Source of the DNA: Stegostoma tigrinum
Taxonomy: Eukaryota
Assembly (NCBI RefSeq): GCF_030684315.1
Contig: NC_081369.1
Span: forward strand, 10,144,035-10,208,034
DNA length: 64,000 nucleotides
Direction of reading: 5' to 3'
The notes beneath the pieces are model-generated. The model searched no databases. It saw only the letters and a list, made by a program, of their open reading frames with translations, and was not told where the DNA came from. Of the stretch, positions 12,480 to 24,800 are shown one piece after another (positions within the stretch are counted from its first letter, which is position 1; the number at the start of each line of letters is the position of its first letter). Position numbers and translations under genes: made by a program.

Positions 12480-15400
12480 TGCTAAATGGAAGCACTTGTA
12501 CAGCACAATCAGAGAAAGTATGATTACCATTGACAGAAGATTGTGGGAACTCCAAACCCTATGCTCTATGTCTAGTTCCAAGTTTAAGCACATATCCTCA
12601 TGACTGAGAAAGAACCTGGAGTGGGAGGGAAGAATGTAGCTGTCATGCGAACAAATGACGTAGGTTCAACAAGGAATGATATTCTGCTGAGAGCGTTTCA
12701 GTCTTATTGTCCAGAAAAAAATGCGACACAAACATCAGATCACACTTCTGGACTGTTCTTTGAGCCACGTGCTCATTGGCATAGGGTACAATTAATTAGA
12801 GACTTCAAAACACGGCTCAAACTATGTAGCTCAGAAAAGGGATGTTGATAATTTGGTGGAAAGGATGTCATTTTATTTTGATGGACACTACTTAAACTGA
12901 ATGGGGCCACTGTCCTGGATAATTGCATAACAAGAGCTGCAGACAGGTTTTAAAATAGAGGAGGGGAGAAGAGATTGAAGCTAGATTTTGCAATCCAAAG
13001 AAAAAGAATAAGACATCAAGCCAATAGAATAATACACTGATGTGAGTTAAAAGATAAGCACAATGGGACTGTGAGTTTAGCATTTGTTTGCAGTTTGTAG
13101 AACGTATAACAGAACGTATACGGTGGACCAGGCAACGAACTAAGAGTTTGGAGCTTATCAATAAGGAAATAAAGTAATTATGGTTGATTGTAACATTCAG
13201 GTAAGCTCCATCAATTCAACTGATAAGGATGAACTAGAAGAGAAACTTGTTGAAAGTCTATTTTTGTGATGCTTTCATGCAGCAATACATTTCCCAGCTG
13301 CCTCTGAATGAAGTTATCAGAGATTTAATTTGTGTAATCAGATATTATTGATTAATAGTGTCACAATGCAGGATATACTGTGAAGTCATGATCTTAAGAC
13401 TATTGCATTCTGTGTTAGGTTTCAAAGCTGAAATCATGAATAAGAATTATCAAACTCAAGAAAGTAAATTACGTCAGTATGGGGTGAAAATAGGTTGATT
13501 ATACAATTGGACTGATAATTCAGTGCACAGTGGGAAAGATTTAAAGACACAATTCAAAATGCCCAATAAATTTCAATTTGTTGAATAATAAAAACTCAGC
13601 AAAAAACATCCTCTATGGCTCACTAAGGAATTTGAATTTTGAAAAGAGGCTCATATTTTGCAAAGAATGCAAACGAGACTGGGAACTGGGAGTGCCTCAA
13701 GATTTAACAAGAAAGCATCCAAAGTTGGTAAAGTGGGACGAAATTATAGTAAAATAGCTAAAAAATATAAAAACAGATTGTAAGATCATTATCAATTATA
13801 CAAAATGAAATGAGTTTGCTCAAGTAAATATTGGTGTCTCCGAAGAAGAATTAACAAAATTTCACATGGAATGAAGAAATCTACGCTAGCTATTTTAACT
13901 CGCTTATTTGCGAAAATATTCAGATCGGATTGGGAGCTGGAAAATGTTAGCTCACTTTCAAAAACAAAGAAAAAGTAACGATGGAACTGAAGGGCCGTTA
14001 GGCCGACATCATTGCCAAGCAAAGTTTTGCAATATATTTCTAAAAGCATAAACGATGTTGTTAGAAATGTGTATTATGATTAGAATATGTCGACATAGTT
14101 AACCAAAAAAGAAATCATGTTTGACACTGATTTTAGAGCATTTGGAGGCTTTACCTTGCAAGGTAGATAAAAGTGAACCTACAAATCTAGTGTGTCAGGA
14201 TTTCTAAAGCACACTCAATAAGTTCAAGAGAAAGCTAAGAACTAATGGAGTTCAAATTGTTATGTTAACGTCGATTATTTAGTGTACAGAAAGCAAAAAA
14301 TGTGGGAAAAGTAAACGTTTTCAATTGACAATCACTGCATGCAAGGATATGTGCTACCTACAATCTATTTAAAATTCTCAGATTAAGAGACATAAAGTAT
14401 CATATCTACATTACCTGATGTTGCAAGCGAGGTGAAAAGATACACAGTCAGATTAAGGGTTCTCCAGTTGAATATAGTCAGAATTTGACACAGCCTTGAT
14501 GAATACATCGTATGAATACCAGGAAACAGCTACGAAATGACAGACATTAAGGAGATGTTTTTGCAAGGCAAACAAGACTAGATTTTGAATGTTAAAGGGT
14601 GTGTGATATTACAATAGGTAGCATAAAACCAAAAGGGTATGTGTTGGCTCTATTACTAAATGAGTAATCTGTACAATCATGAAAAATCACCTTTGTCCAG
14701 AAAATAAATATGCAATTGTACGGTTGGACATAACAAATTGCAAGAAAAGGTTACAAGTGGAAGTAACCTATGGCCCACCGAGCAGCAGGTACTTTTCTTT
14801 ATCAAAAATTCATTCAATACTGTGAACAGCATAAAAACACAGCAGTACTTTTGGGTGATCTTAATCTTAACACAGAATGAATACATCAAATTAATAGATT
14901 TAAATAATAATGTTCAGCGAGACGTGGGGACACTTCTACAAGCAACACAGAGATACCGCAAGTTGTTAGGAAGTTTAAACGCACATTGAATTTTATTCTG
15001 AGAAGCTTTGAGCAAAACGAATAGAGAGATCTTGCTCCAACTGAGCCAGGCTTTAGTGAGACAACCTCTGAAGTTGTGTGCTCCTTGCTTTCAGTATTTA
15101 AGGAAGGATGAAGCAAAAAGAGAAATATTTGGAGAAATCTTTCTGAAGAAGTGTCACTGGAAACAAAATGCTGATTTGACTTTCCTTCTCCATTGATTGC
15201 AGACCTTCTGAGTTTCCCAGCAATGTCTAATTGGTTTCAGAATCCCAGTACATGTATTTCTTTTTTGTGTGTATTTAAGGTAGGATGTATTCAGACTGAA
15301 GAATGCAAAGTGAGCTCTCAGTAAATTTATCCTTGAGATGAGGCGGTGTCCAGTGATGAGAGGCCAAGTAATTTCAGCCTTTACTCTCTGAAGCTTCAAA

Positions 15401-16750
15401 GAATGGGTGTTATTTGACTTGGGAAGCAGTTCATAGAATGTATGCATGACTGTTTCTGTGAACAATATTTTGAGGAACGAAAAACTTTAGTACAGGTATC
15501 TGTTGACTGAAAACTCTTGTTTAATGATGTTGCAATAAATGAAGCCAGCAGGGAAAGTAACCATAACTGAAAGGATTTTCACATTCTGTCAGCAAAGTAA
15601 AATCTTGGACACAAAGTATCTGTCTTTAATAAAAGGCAATTGCAACAATTCAAAGACAAAATTGGCTAAGTTGAACTCTGAAGATAGCTCAGAAGGAAAC
15701 ATTGTGAAAAACAGTAAACACGTTCAGACGCAACAAAGATATATTCCATCGACAATGAATATGAGCAGCATTGACCAGCCACAGCTAAATAAAGAAAAAA
15801 ATAAGTCCTTATGAAGTTCTTCTGCCTGCTATTTTCATTTATGCATTAATAGATGTTTTTTGTTGTCGTAGGTAAATAACTTGGATATTGGAATGCAGAA
15901 CCAAATGTTAGAATTTGTTGATTAAGCCAAACTTGGAGTGGCAAACAGAAGATGATAACAATGATTTATAACAGAATGCAGGCGAACGAGTGGTGAGTGT
16001 AATTTAGAAAACTGGAGATGGTTACTTGTTGAAAATGTGTAAGGAGAAACAACATACCCTTATTGGCACTTATCTGAAGAGTGCGCAAGAACAGAGAGGC
16101 AAAGAAGGTGCTTATGAATGAACCTTTGAATTTGGCAGGACATAATCAGAGTATAGTTGAAATTCGTCATTGGAGGCACTGAGTACTAAAGTAGGGAAGT
16201 AATGTTGAACCTTTATAGATCTGGTTAGGTCACCACCAGAATAGTGAACATAGTTCTGGTCATCAAAGTTGAGGAAAAGTGGGTCGTGGAAGGGTTTCAC
16301 ATGAGATATATTGGGAAGGTACTCGAAATCAGAGATGTTAGATCTGAGATCCGGTTGGAAAAGCTCCGATTGTTGTGCTTGACAAAAGAAAATTGACAGT
16401 GTGACATAACATTGTGAAATGTTCAGGTAAGGCAGACAAGGAAAACTGTTCCCATTCACTGACAGCATAAAATCTAGAGAACACAGAGCTAAAATTTCGG
16501 AAAAGAGGTGCGGAGGAAATGCAAAGAAGCATTTTTAACATGAGTGATGTTGGCCTGGAAAATGCATTCCATTAGGAGTGGAGGCAGAGGCCATCAGTGA
16601 TATCAAACGGGAAATCAATGGCCACGTGACCAACGTAAATCTGCGGACTACAGTTATCAAAAGAGGGGGTGGGACTGAGTTGCCTAAAGAAAAGCCTTCA
16701 GGTTTGATGGGCCATATGCTGTCTTTAGTGTCTCTAAATTGTTGAAATTT
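12480..16750 (+). mobile_element. Ancient, heavily decayed CR1 LINE(s) (ORF1 remnant to ORF2 3' end)
   Basis: ORF1-like 'VAVMRTNDVG'; ORF2-like 'QRDVGTLL' and 'EILLQLSQALVRQPLKLCAP'; CR1 3'-end-like sequence near 16450-16740. AT-rich decay throughout. Confidence 0.65.
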
Positions 16751-17151
16751 AAAGTTATTTTCATTTATTCACTGATGAAAAACGGGTAGCATGGACTAGA
16801 CCAACAGTTCTTATCTACCCTAATTGATCTTGAGAAGGTGAAGGTGAGTTGAATTTTTGAACTATGGCAGTCCACCTGGCGTTGGTCACCCACGATACTA
16901 TGAGGAAAATAGTTTGATTACTTTGATAAACAAAAGCGAACCGACCGTGGTAAAATTCCAAGTCAGTATAGAAATGGTGACATCCAAGGCATCCACAGCT
17001 CTTGCCCTCCTGGGTGGTAGACGTCATAAATTTATGCAACATTGGAAACTGATGGGAGGAAATTTCATACCAGCTTTTATTTACAAGCTCAATTATCTCA
17101 AACAGTGAGTGGCAAGTGATTAACAAGTAATGTTAAACATTACTTTCACAG

Positions 17152-17290
17152 GCCGAACAAAGAGGTGGAGATGACAACGTGGATTGTGCAACTTGAAGCT
17201 TGCTGATTCCAAAATAAAAGTAATCAAAACCGATATAGCAATACAAATGGGCAGGATATGCAGATATAAAGCTGATAAGAGGGAAGTTGA
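17152..17290 (+). pseudogene. Copy 1 terminal (ITIM) pseudo-exon
   Basis: ATGTTAAACATTACTTTCACAG|GCC GAA CAA AGA GGT GGA GAT GAC AAC GTG GAT TGT GCA ACT...TTGCTGATTCC...GGATATGCAGATATAAAG aligns to 46802-46964. First ITIM Tyr is TGT, followed by a frameshift. Confidence 0.8.
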
Positions 17291-18296
17291 AAATCCAGAA
17301 AAGCAGTTTGACGTTGTGAATTATTTATAGATGAAAGCCGAGGATATCCAATCATATACCATAAAATCGATGTCAGTCACTGTTCCATAGCTCAATAGGG
17401 AACAATGATCTGGAACACTAAACATAACTCATGTGCATGGTGGGGGGAGAAGGTGAAACGCTAATTTTCAGCTTCAGTGTTGAGTGTTATATCCAAACAT
17501 AATAGGCTGCCAAATACAGGTCTTCAGTTTAATGTGTAAAACCCTCTGTTCATCTGCTTATTCACGACTGGTATCTTCTCTCCTGCATGACTGACTTGAA
17601 TCTCATTACAGCACATTTATCACTGTCTGTGGGAGAACGAGTCCAACATCAGAGCTCTTCATGAGAAGGACGGCTGGGTTTTCAAGCAAAAATTCAAAAG
17701 TTGCTGCAGGCCCTTTCTGCAACAAAGGAGTAAGGGAAAGCATCAGTGTAAGAGATAAGGCTGATGCATTTGTGTCCATTTTCAAATAGAAGAATGCAAA
17801 ATACATTGCTAACTCATCCGCAGCATCACAGAAGCCAGCCATCAATGAACATTATTCCAGTCATGTGATATCAATAAACAAATGAAGACTCTGGTTGCTG
17901 CAAAGGTCATAGGCCCTGACAACAAAGAGCAAGCTGAATGTTTCCAATCCAGACTAGATTTTCCCCAGCCAACCTTTTCCATTGCAGTTACACTGCTGGG
18001 ATCTGATTGGCAATCTGTAAAATTGCGTAGATATGACCTCAAAAAGCAGACCACATCCACTAATGCCAATTGCCACCATTTCAATCTACTCTGAAACATT
18101 GGAAAGTTTATGGAAGGGGGCAGTGTTATGAAAAGAATCTTGATCAGCTGTAATCTGCTCACTGTGGCTCATTTTGGATTCTTCCAGAGACGTTCAAGAC
18201 CTAATCTCATTTCAGATTTTTTTCAAAAAAAAAACCCGAAGTCCAAAGGTAAGGTGAGAGTGAGTGTCCTGAACATCAAGTAAACGTTTGATTAAA

Positions 18297-18527
18297 CATA
18301 AATATAGTTGCCGGAAAAGCCCAGCAGGTCTGGCAGCATCTGTGAAGAAGAAAACGGAGTAATGTTTCAGATCCATTGGCACTTCCTCAGAACAGTTCTG
18401 AGGAAGGGTCACCAGACCCGAAACGTTAACTCTGTTTTCTACTTCTCAGATGCTGCCAGACCTGCTGAGTTTCCCAGCAACTTTGTTTTTGTTCCTCATT
18501 TACAGCATCCGCAGTTCTTTTAGCTTT
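18297..18527. mobile_element. Palindromic Penelope-terminus-derived short element with target-site duplication
   Basis: Inverted arms centred on CTTCCTCAGAAC-A-GTTCTGAGGAAG (centre 18394). Flanked by TAAAC(G/A)TTTGATTAAA at 18281-18296 and 18528-18543. Confidence 0.8.
18394..18431 (+). ncRNA. Minimal type I hammerhead ribozyme motif
   Basis: AGTT CTGAGGA A GGGTC ACCA GACCC GAAAC GTT AACT: core CUGANGA and GAAA, 5-bp stem II, self-complementary AACGTT in place of stem III, 4-bp stem I (AGTT/AACT). Confidence 0.7.
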
Positions 18528-18694
18528 TAAACATTTGATTAAATATTGGCTTCACGAGCACTCTCAAAACTGGAATCAATGGCATTCAGAGGGGGAATAT
18601 TCTAGGAATTACCGTCATACACCGCACAAAGGATGATCATTGTGGTTGTTAGAAATCAATAAGCTCAGTCCAAGTCTAATACACCAGGATACTA

Positions 18695-18860
18695 AGTAAA
18701 AACCGAAAGAACTACAGATGCTGTAAATCAGGATTAAAAACGTAAGTGGCTGGAATAGCTCATGAGGGGAGAGCGGATTCAAACCATTAACTCTGATATT
18801 TTCTTCGCAGATTCTACCAGACCTACTGAGGCTTTCAAGCCACTTCTGTTTCTGCTCCAA
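18695..18860. mobile_element. Palindromic Penelope-terminus-derived element with central deletion
   Basis: GAAAGAACTACAGATGCTGTAAATCAG... arm and an inverted ...TTAACTCTGATATTTTCTTCGCAGAT...TTTCTGC arm. Confidence 0.6.
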
Positions 18861-20079
18861 GACAGTCGGTGCTCCTCAGGGTAGTGTCTTTGCCCAACTG
18901 TCTTCAAATTATTAGATTATTTTGTCACATAATAGTCAGAATTTAATGTATTTCTTGGTGTTTGCACAATGTCCAAAAAGATCCACAAATCATACTGCAC
19001 ATGTTCCATATGCAGCAAGCCCTGAATGGTACTCGACTTGGACTGGTGAATGGCAAGTAACATTCGTGCCATGAAACTGCGAGTCAATGCGAATCTCAAA
19101 TGATAGAGAAATAAACATTGCCCTGAACCATTTACGCACATTGCCATCATTGAAGGTTATACGTTCAAAATTCTCGAGTTACTGTTAACGTGAAACTGAA
19201 ACTGAACAATTAAATTAATACTGGCATTGCATGAACAGTTGAGGGAAAGAGTTTCTGCAGTGAGTATTTTGCCTCCTGACATGCGAATTCCTTTCCACCA
19301 TCTACATGGCATGAGTCAGTAGCACCATGGAATACTCTCTATTTGCCTGGATTCGTGCACATCTGAAAGCAAACAAGAAGCTCAACATCTTCCAAAGAAA
19401 AGTAGCCAATGTCACTGGCATTCAATCCAAATCCTTCCACATTCAATTCATCCACTGTTGACATACAGGAACAACAGTGTTTACTATCTGCAAGTCGCAC
19501 TGTCGCAAATCTCGAAGGCGCCCCCAACTGCAACTTCCAGTCTCTTGACGTCTATCATCTGGAAGGAAAAGGGCTGCAGATGTTGGGATCTTTTGCACGT
19601 TCCTCGCCAAGTCACATACCGTCCTACATTACATTTCTCATTGTACCCTCACTTGTTCCTGAATCAAAATCCTTGAACTTCGTCTGAACAATAATATGGG
19701 AGCATTTACACAAAAAGGACTGTGGCATTTAAAGGGCAGCTTAACACAATCAGCAAGGGTGATGTGGAATGCATGGGGCAAAAGAGGAAGTAATTTTGTG
19801 CAAAATAAATATCTAGTGAACTATATCCTACAACAATAGAAGGCACAAACCAGGGAAGCTTCTTTGTAATTCATTGCTTTTTGGGACCATGATTTTTACA
19901 AGACAGTCAAACTTAATAGCCGAAGGCCAAATCAAATGGCATGTTTGCTTTTTAACTATAATGTTCTCAAGTACATTTTGATACTATTTCGAGACTGTGT
20001 GCATGCGACCTTGTGACTGACTGGTTGCGACACTATGACTTACCTGTACTTCTGTCAACTTGTGTGCCTTTCAATTTTA

Positions 20080-20400
20080 TTCATTCATGGGATGATGGTA
20101 TCACTGACTAGGCAACATTTATTGGCCAGAGTGTAGTTCAGACTCAACCCCATTGCTGTAGGTCTGGAGTTAAGGAAGCAAGTCAAAGATTAGGATGGCA
20201 TCATCCTTCCCTAAAGGACACCAGTGAACCAAACTGGATTTTCCTGACATTTGATGGAGTTTATAGCCATCAGAAGACTCTTTTTGTTAGATTCAAATTC
20301 CACCAACTGCCATGGTGGGATTTCAATCCAGGTCACCAGAACATTTTCCGGCTCTCTGGCCTAACAGGCAAAAGAAAATACCACTCAGCCATGGCATCCT
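20080..20400 (-). mobile_element. LINE/SINE 3'-end fragment
   Basis: TTTTATTCATTCATGGGATG...GGCAACATTTATT tail motif, with related sequence at ~16780-17000 and ~56105-56230. Confidence 0.5.
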
Positions 20401-20619
20401 CTTGCTGGTTGCAACGTGGACTTTTCAGTACTTGGAAAGCCAAACATGGAATGTTTGACGATTCTGCGGAATTTCTCCACCCTCTCTGCAGTTTTGCTGT
20501 TTCCCATGCCAAAAGATTAAAAACAACATTGTAATTCATCTCCATTAATCACTCGAGAAAAGACACGCATCGGAAGAAGCAACTCCATCTAAGATTCATA
20601 CGGAGTAGAAATCTCCCGA

Positions 20620-21335
20620 CGGACCTCCTTCGCTTTGCTTCTTCTTTCTCTTCCGCTTTCTTTTTTCTCTACATTTTATTCCTTCCCTCCCCCGTCTACC
20701 TTCAGCACCGGAGGCGAATACCGGAAGGTGTCGGCAGCAAGACCCCGGAGCAGCAAGTCCTGGAGTTTGAGCCCAGGGAACAAGCTGGAACACAGCGTGA
20801 AATTGCGTGACCTGGGGTAACGTGGAGAACGAGCGACTGCGAGACCAGAGCACCGCAGGACCTGCGAACCCCGGAGCACCGTGTGGTCTCCAAGCCCTGC
20901 AGGGAGCGGGGAACAAGCCGGTCTAGTGCGACAAATGAGCGGTACAGCGAGGCCTGCTAACCCTGGAATATCGCTTGGGGAATTCCAAGACCTGGTGCAG
21001 CGTGAGGGACACGAATCCCGGTAAAGCGCCACTTCCATTGTGTCTGCTGAGTGCCGGCGACGAGCGGAGTGGAGACTGGCGTTATGCAGGACAGTCGTTG
21101 CACTTGAGCCTGGTGCCAACCGCTGCTGTTTGGCATTTTTACCGCACTGTAATGAAAATCCTTACCTTTTAATCCTGTAGTATAACAACATTTTCCTTTT
21201 ACTCTATATCATTTGTACCTCGGTAATTGTATTTAAAAAGTGCCATTAAAAGGCAGCCATTGTAAAAACTTTTCACTGAACGCCTGTATTTCTCTGCTGG
21301 AGTATAAGTGACAATTCTAGGATATTCTATTCTAT
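20620..21335 (+). mobile_element. GC-rich, probably non-autonomous retroposon
   Basis: CpG-rich ~700 bp block ending in CTTTTCACTG...GTGACAAT plus an (ATTCT)n tail. No coherent protein. Confidence 0.5.
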
Positions 21336-21809
21336 TGATGGAAGGCTTAAGTAAACATTGATTCAGAATCACCCGTTTATTTCCGTGACAATGAGTTTCC
21401 CAATGTCATGTCTGAGTAATCCCATACCACATCGTATAATGCTGTGGTTGCACAGGCCTCTACCAATATCAGGTTCCAAAATGGTTGCCTCGAGAAGACT
21501 TTGTCCTTCTGTCAATGACTGTTGACCACGTCCAACTGTGTAATGACGGCAACAAGACACCTAAAAGCTTACTGGGCTGTGTATAGCATCAATGACGCCA
21601 CATCATTTAGTTTTAAGGGCGGGTGGGAAGAACGACGTTTCAGGATCAAAGATTAATTTAATAGAATTAGTATAAACCTATTCAAGTTTGCACTCAGAGT
21701 TGGGTTTGGGGCTCGATGCTTTAGGAACGACGATTGGATTGAAGAATCAATGTAAGTCTGTTTACGCTTGCACGTAGCACTGAGTTCGGGGCACCGACTT
21801 GGGCTACTG

Positions 21810-24800
21810 GTATAAGAAAATAAGAACTAGGAGGAGGTGTGGGCCATTTAGGGTCTCGAGCCTGCCCCTGCATTTAATAAGATCATGGCTGAACCTTTTG
21901 ATACTCAGCTCCACTTACCCGCCCACTCACCATAACCCTTAATTGCTTTACTGTCCAAAAGTTATCCAGCCTTGCCTTAAAAACATTCAGTGAGGTAGAT
22001 TCAGCCGACTCACTGGGCAAGGAGTTCCACTGATTCACAACCCTTTGGGTGAAGAAGTTCCTCCTGACCTCAGTCCTACATCTGCTTCTCTTTATTTTGA
22101 GGCAATGCCCTCTAGTCCTAGTTTCAACTGCGAGCAGAAACAAGCTCTCTGCCTCCACATTATATATTCCCTTCATAATCATATACGTTTCTATAAGATC
22201 TCCCTTCATCCTTCTGAATTCCAATGAGTATAATCCCAGTCTACTCAGTCTGTCCTCATAATCCAACACTCTCTGGAATCAACCGAGTGAATCTCCTCTG
22301 CACATTCTCCATGCTAGTACATCTCTTCTCAAGTAAGGAGACTAAAACTGCACGCAGTATTCCTGGTGTGGCTTCACCAAGACCCTATACAACTGCAACA
22401 TAGCCTCGCTGTTTTTAAACTCCATCCCTCGAGCAATGGCAGACAAAATTCCATTTGATGTTTTAATTACCTGCTGCACCTGCAATCCTACGTTTCGCGA
22501 TTCATGCACAAGGCCAGACAAGTCCCTCTGCATAGCAGTGTGCTGCAATTTTTACCACTTAAAGCAATTTGCTTTTATTCCTACCAAAATGGATGGCCGC
22601 ACATTTATCAACATTGTACTCCATCTGCCAGACCTTTGCCCACTCACTTAGACGATCTTTATCCCTCTGCAGACTTTCAGTGTCTTCTGCACATTTTGCT
22701 CTACCACTCATCTTAGTGTCATCTGCAAATTTTGACACACCACACTTCGTCCCCAGCTCCAAATCATCAATGTAAATTGTAAACAATTGCCGTCCCAACA
22801 CTGATCCCTGAGGCACACCACTAGCTACTGACCGCCAACCAGAAAAATACCCATTCCCCCCTACTCTTTGCTTTCTCCTGGTCAACCAATCGTCTGCCCA
22901 GGCCAAAACATTACCAGTCATACCTTGCAACTTTATCTTATGTAGCAGCCTTTGGTGTGGCACTTTGTCAAATGCCTTCTGGAAATCCAGACACACCATA
23001 TCCACAGGTTCCCAACTGCCCAACATACAAGTAATGCCCTCAAAGAATTCCACCAAATTAGTTAAACATAACCTACCCTTCATGAACCCATGCTGGGTGT
23101 TCCCAGTGGGATAATTGATATTCAGATGTCTTGCTATTTCTTCCTTAGTGATAGATTCAGGCATTTTCCCCACTTCCGAAGTTAAGCTAACTGGCCTGTA
23201 GTTACCTGCTTTTTGTTCACTTCCTTTTTTAAACAGTGGTTCACATTGGCTGTTTTCCAGTCTGCAGGAGCCACCCCAGAGTCCAGTGAATTTTGGGAAA
23301 TAATTACGAGTGCATTTGCTATTTCCCCCATCAACTCGTTTAGTATGCTGGAATGCGTTTCATCAGGGCCAGGAGACTTGTCGACCTTTAGCCTCATCAG
23401 CTTGCCCAGCACTGCCTCCTTACTGTTAATGATAGTTTCTAGGTCCTCACCTGCTATAAAATTCTTGCCATTAGTTTTTGGCATGTCATTTGTGTCTTCC
23501 ACTATGAAGACCGACACACAACAACTGATTAATGTCTTGGCTATTTCCTCATTCCCAATTATTAAATTAGCCTTCTCATATTCGAAAGGTTCAATGTTTA
23601 CCTTCCCCACTCTTTAATGATCTACATATTTATAGAAACTTCTGCTGCCTAATTTTATGTTCGAAGTAAGATTTCTCTCTTAATCTATCTTACCTTTCTT
23701 TATAACTTTTTTGTGGCTTTCTGTTGGCCTTTAAAGTTTTCCCAGTCTACTATTTTCCCACTATTCTTTGCTTTTTGCATGTGTTTTTTTTTCAATCTGA
23801 CACTTTCCTTTATTTCCTTAGACATCCTTGGCTGGCTCTCTCTTTTCCTACAGTTCTTCCTTATCACTGGAATATACTTCTGCTGAGTGATGTGTAAAAT
23901 CGTTTTGAAAGTCCTCCACTGTTCCTCAATGGATCCACCATCAAGTTTTTTGCTCCCATTCTACCTTAGCTAACTCCTCCCTTATACCTTCATAGTCTCC
24001 TTTGCTGAAGCACAGGACATACGTACTGGATTTAACCTTCTCACGCTCCATCTGTATTTTAAATTCGACCATACTGTGATTGCTCCTCCTGAGAGGATCC
24101 CTGACTGTGAGTACATTAATTATTCCTATCTCATTACACAGCACTAGATCTCGGATAGCTTGATCCCGCATAGGCTCCATTAAGTATTGTCCAAGGAAGT
24201 TATTGCGAATGCATTTGATGAACTCCTCCTCAAGTCTGCAATGACAGACCTGGTTTGAACAATCGATATATCGATTAAAATCCCCCAAGATAATTGCTGA
24301 ACCATTTTTACATGCATTAGCTGTTTCTCTGTTTCTTTGCCCACCCCCACCATGATGTCATTATTTGATGGCCTATAGGCCACACGTATCAGTGACTTCT
24401 TCTCCCTGCTATTCATAATTCTCACCCAAATGGATTCAATATTTTGTTCAGTGGAATCTATATCATCTCTCTCTACCGCCCTGATATGATCCTTAAAATT
24501 CAGAGTAAAACCACTTCCCTTACCTTCCTGTATGTCCTTCCAAACAGTTTGATATCCCTGGATATTTAACTCCTAGCCATGACCATCCTGCAACCATGTC
24601 TCTGTAATGGCCAATAAATCATATCCATTCGCCATGATTTGCTCTGTCAACTCATCCACCTTGTTTCGAATGCTCCGAGCATTCAGGTAAAGTGCACTTA
24701 TGCCAGTTTTTGCACCTTCTTTTTTGGGACCTATTACCTCCATTACTAACATCTCTTGAGTTCTTGCCTTTAATATTTTTCCTAATTTTTAAAGGAGTTG

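Larger units (their letters stand above)
5571..17290 (+). pseudogene. IgSF receptor pseudogene copy 1 (leader, VJ, TM, cyt1, cyt2; no C1 exon seen)
   Basis: Exon-by-exon similarity to the gene at 37520-46964, with lesions in most exons. Leader 5571-5625 has TGA at codon 4. V exon 5819-6126 has a lost acceptor and frameshifts. TM exon ~9510-9632. cyt1 10717-10760 has an in-frame TAA. cyt2 17152-17290 has ITIM Tyr to Cys and a frameshift. Confidence 0.88.
17600..19760 (+). mobile_element. Decayed LINE (same family as 1-2430, opposite strand), interrupted by two palindromic short elements
   Basis: RT-like 'KTLVAAKVIGPDN', GTGCTCCTCAGGGTAGTGTC (GVPQGS-type motif) at ~18869, and C-terminal 'RTVANL...SSPSHI'. 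Confidence 0.7.
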
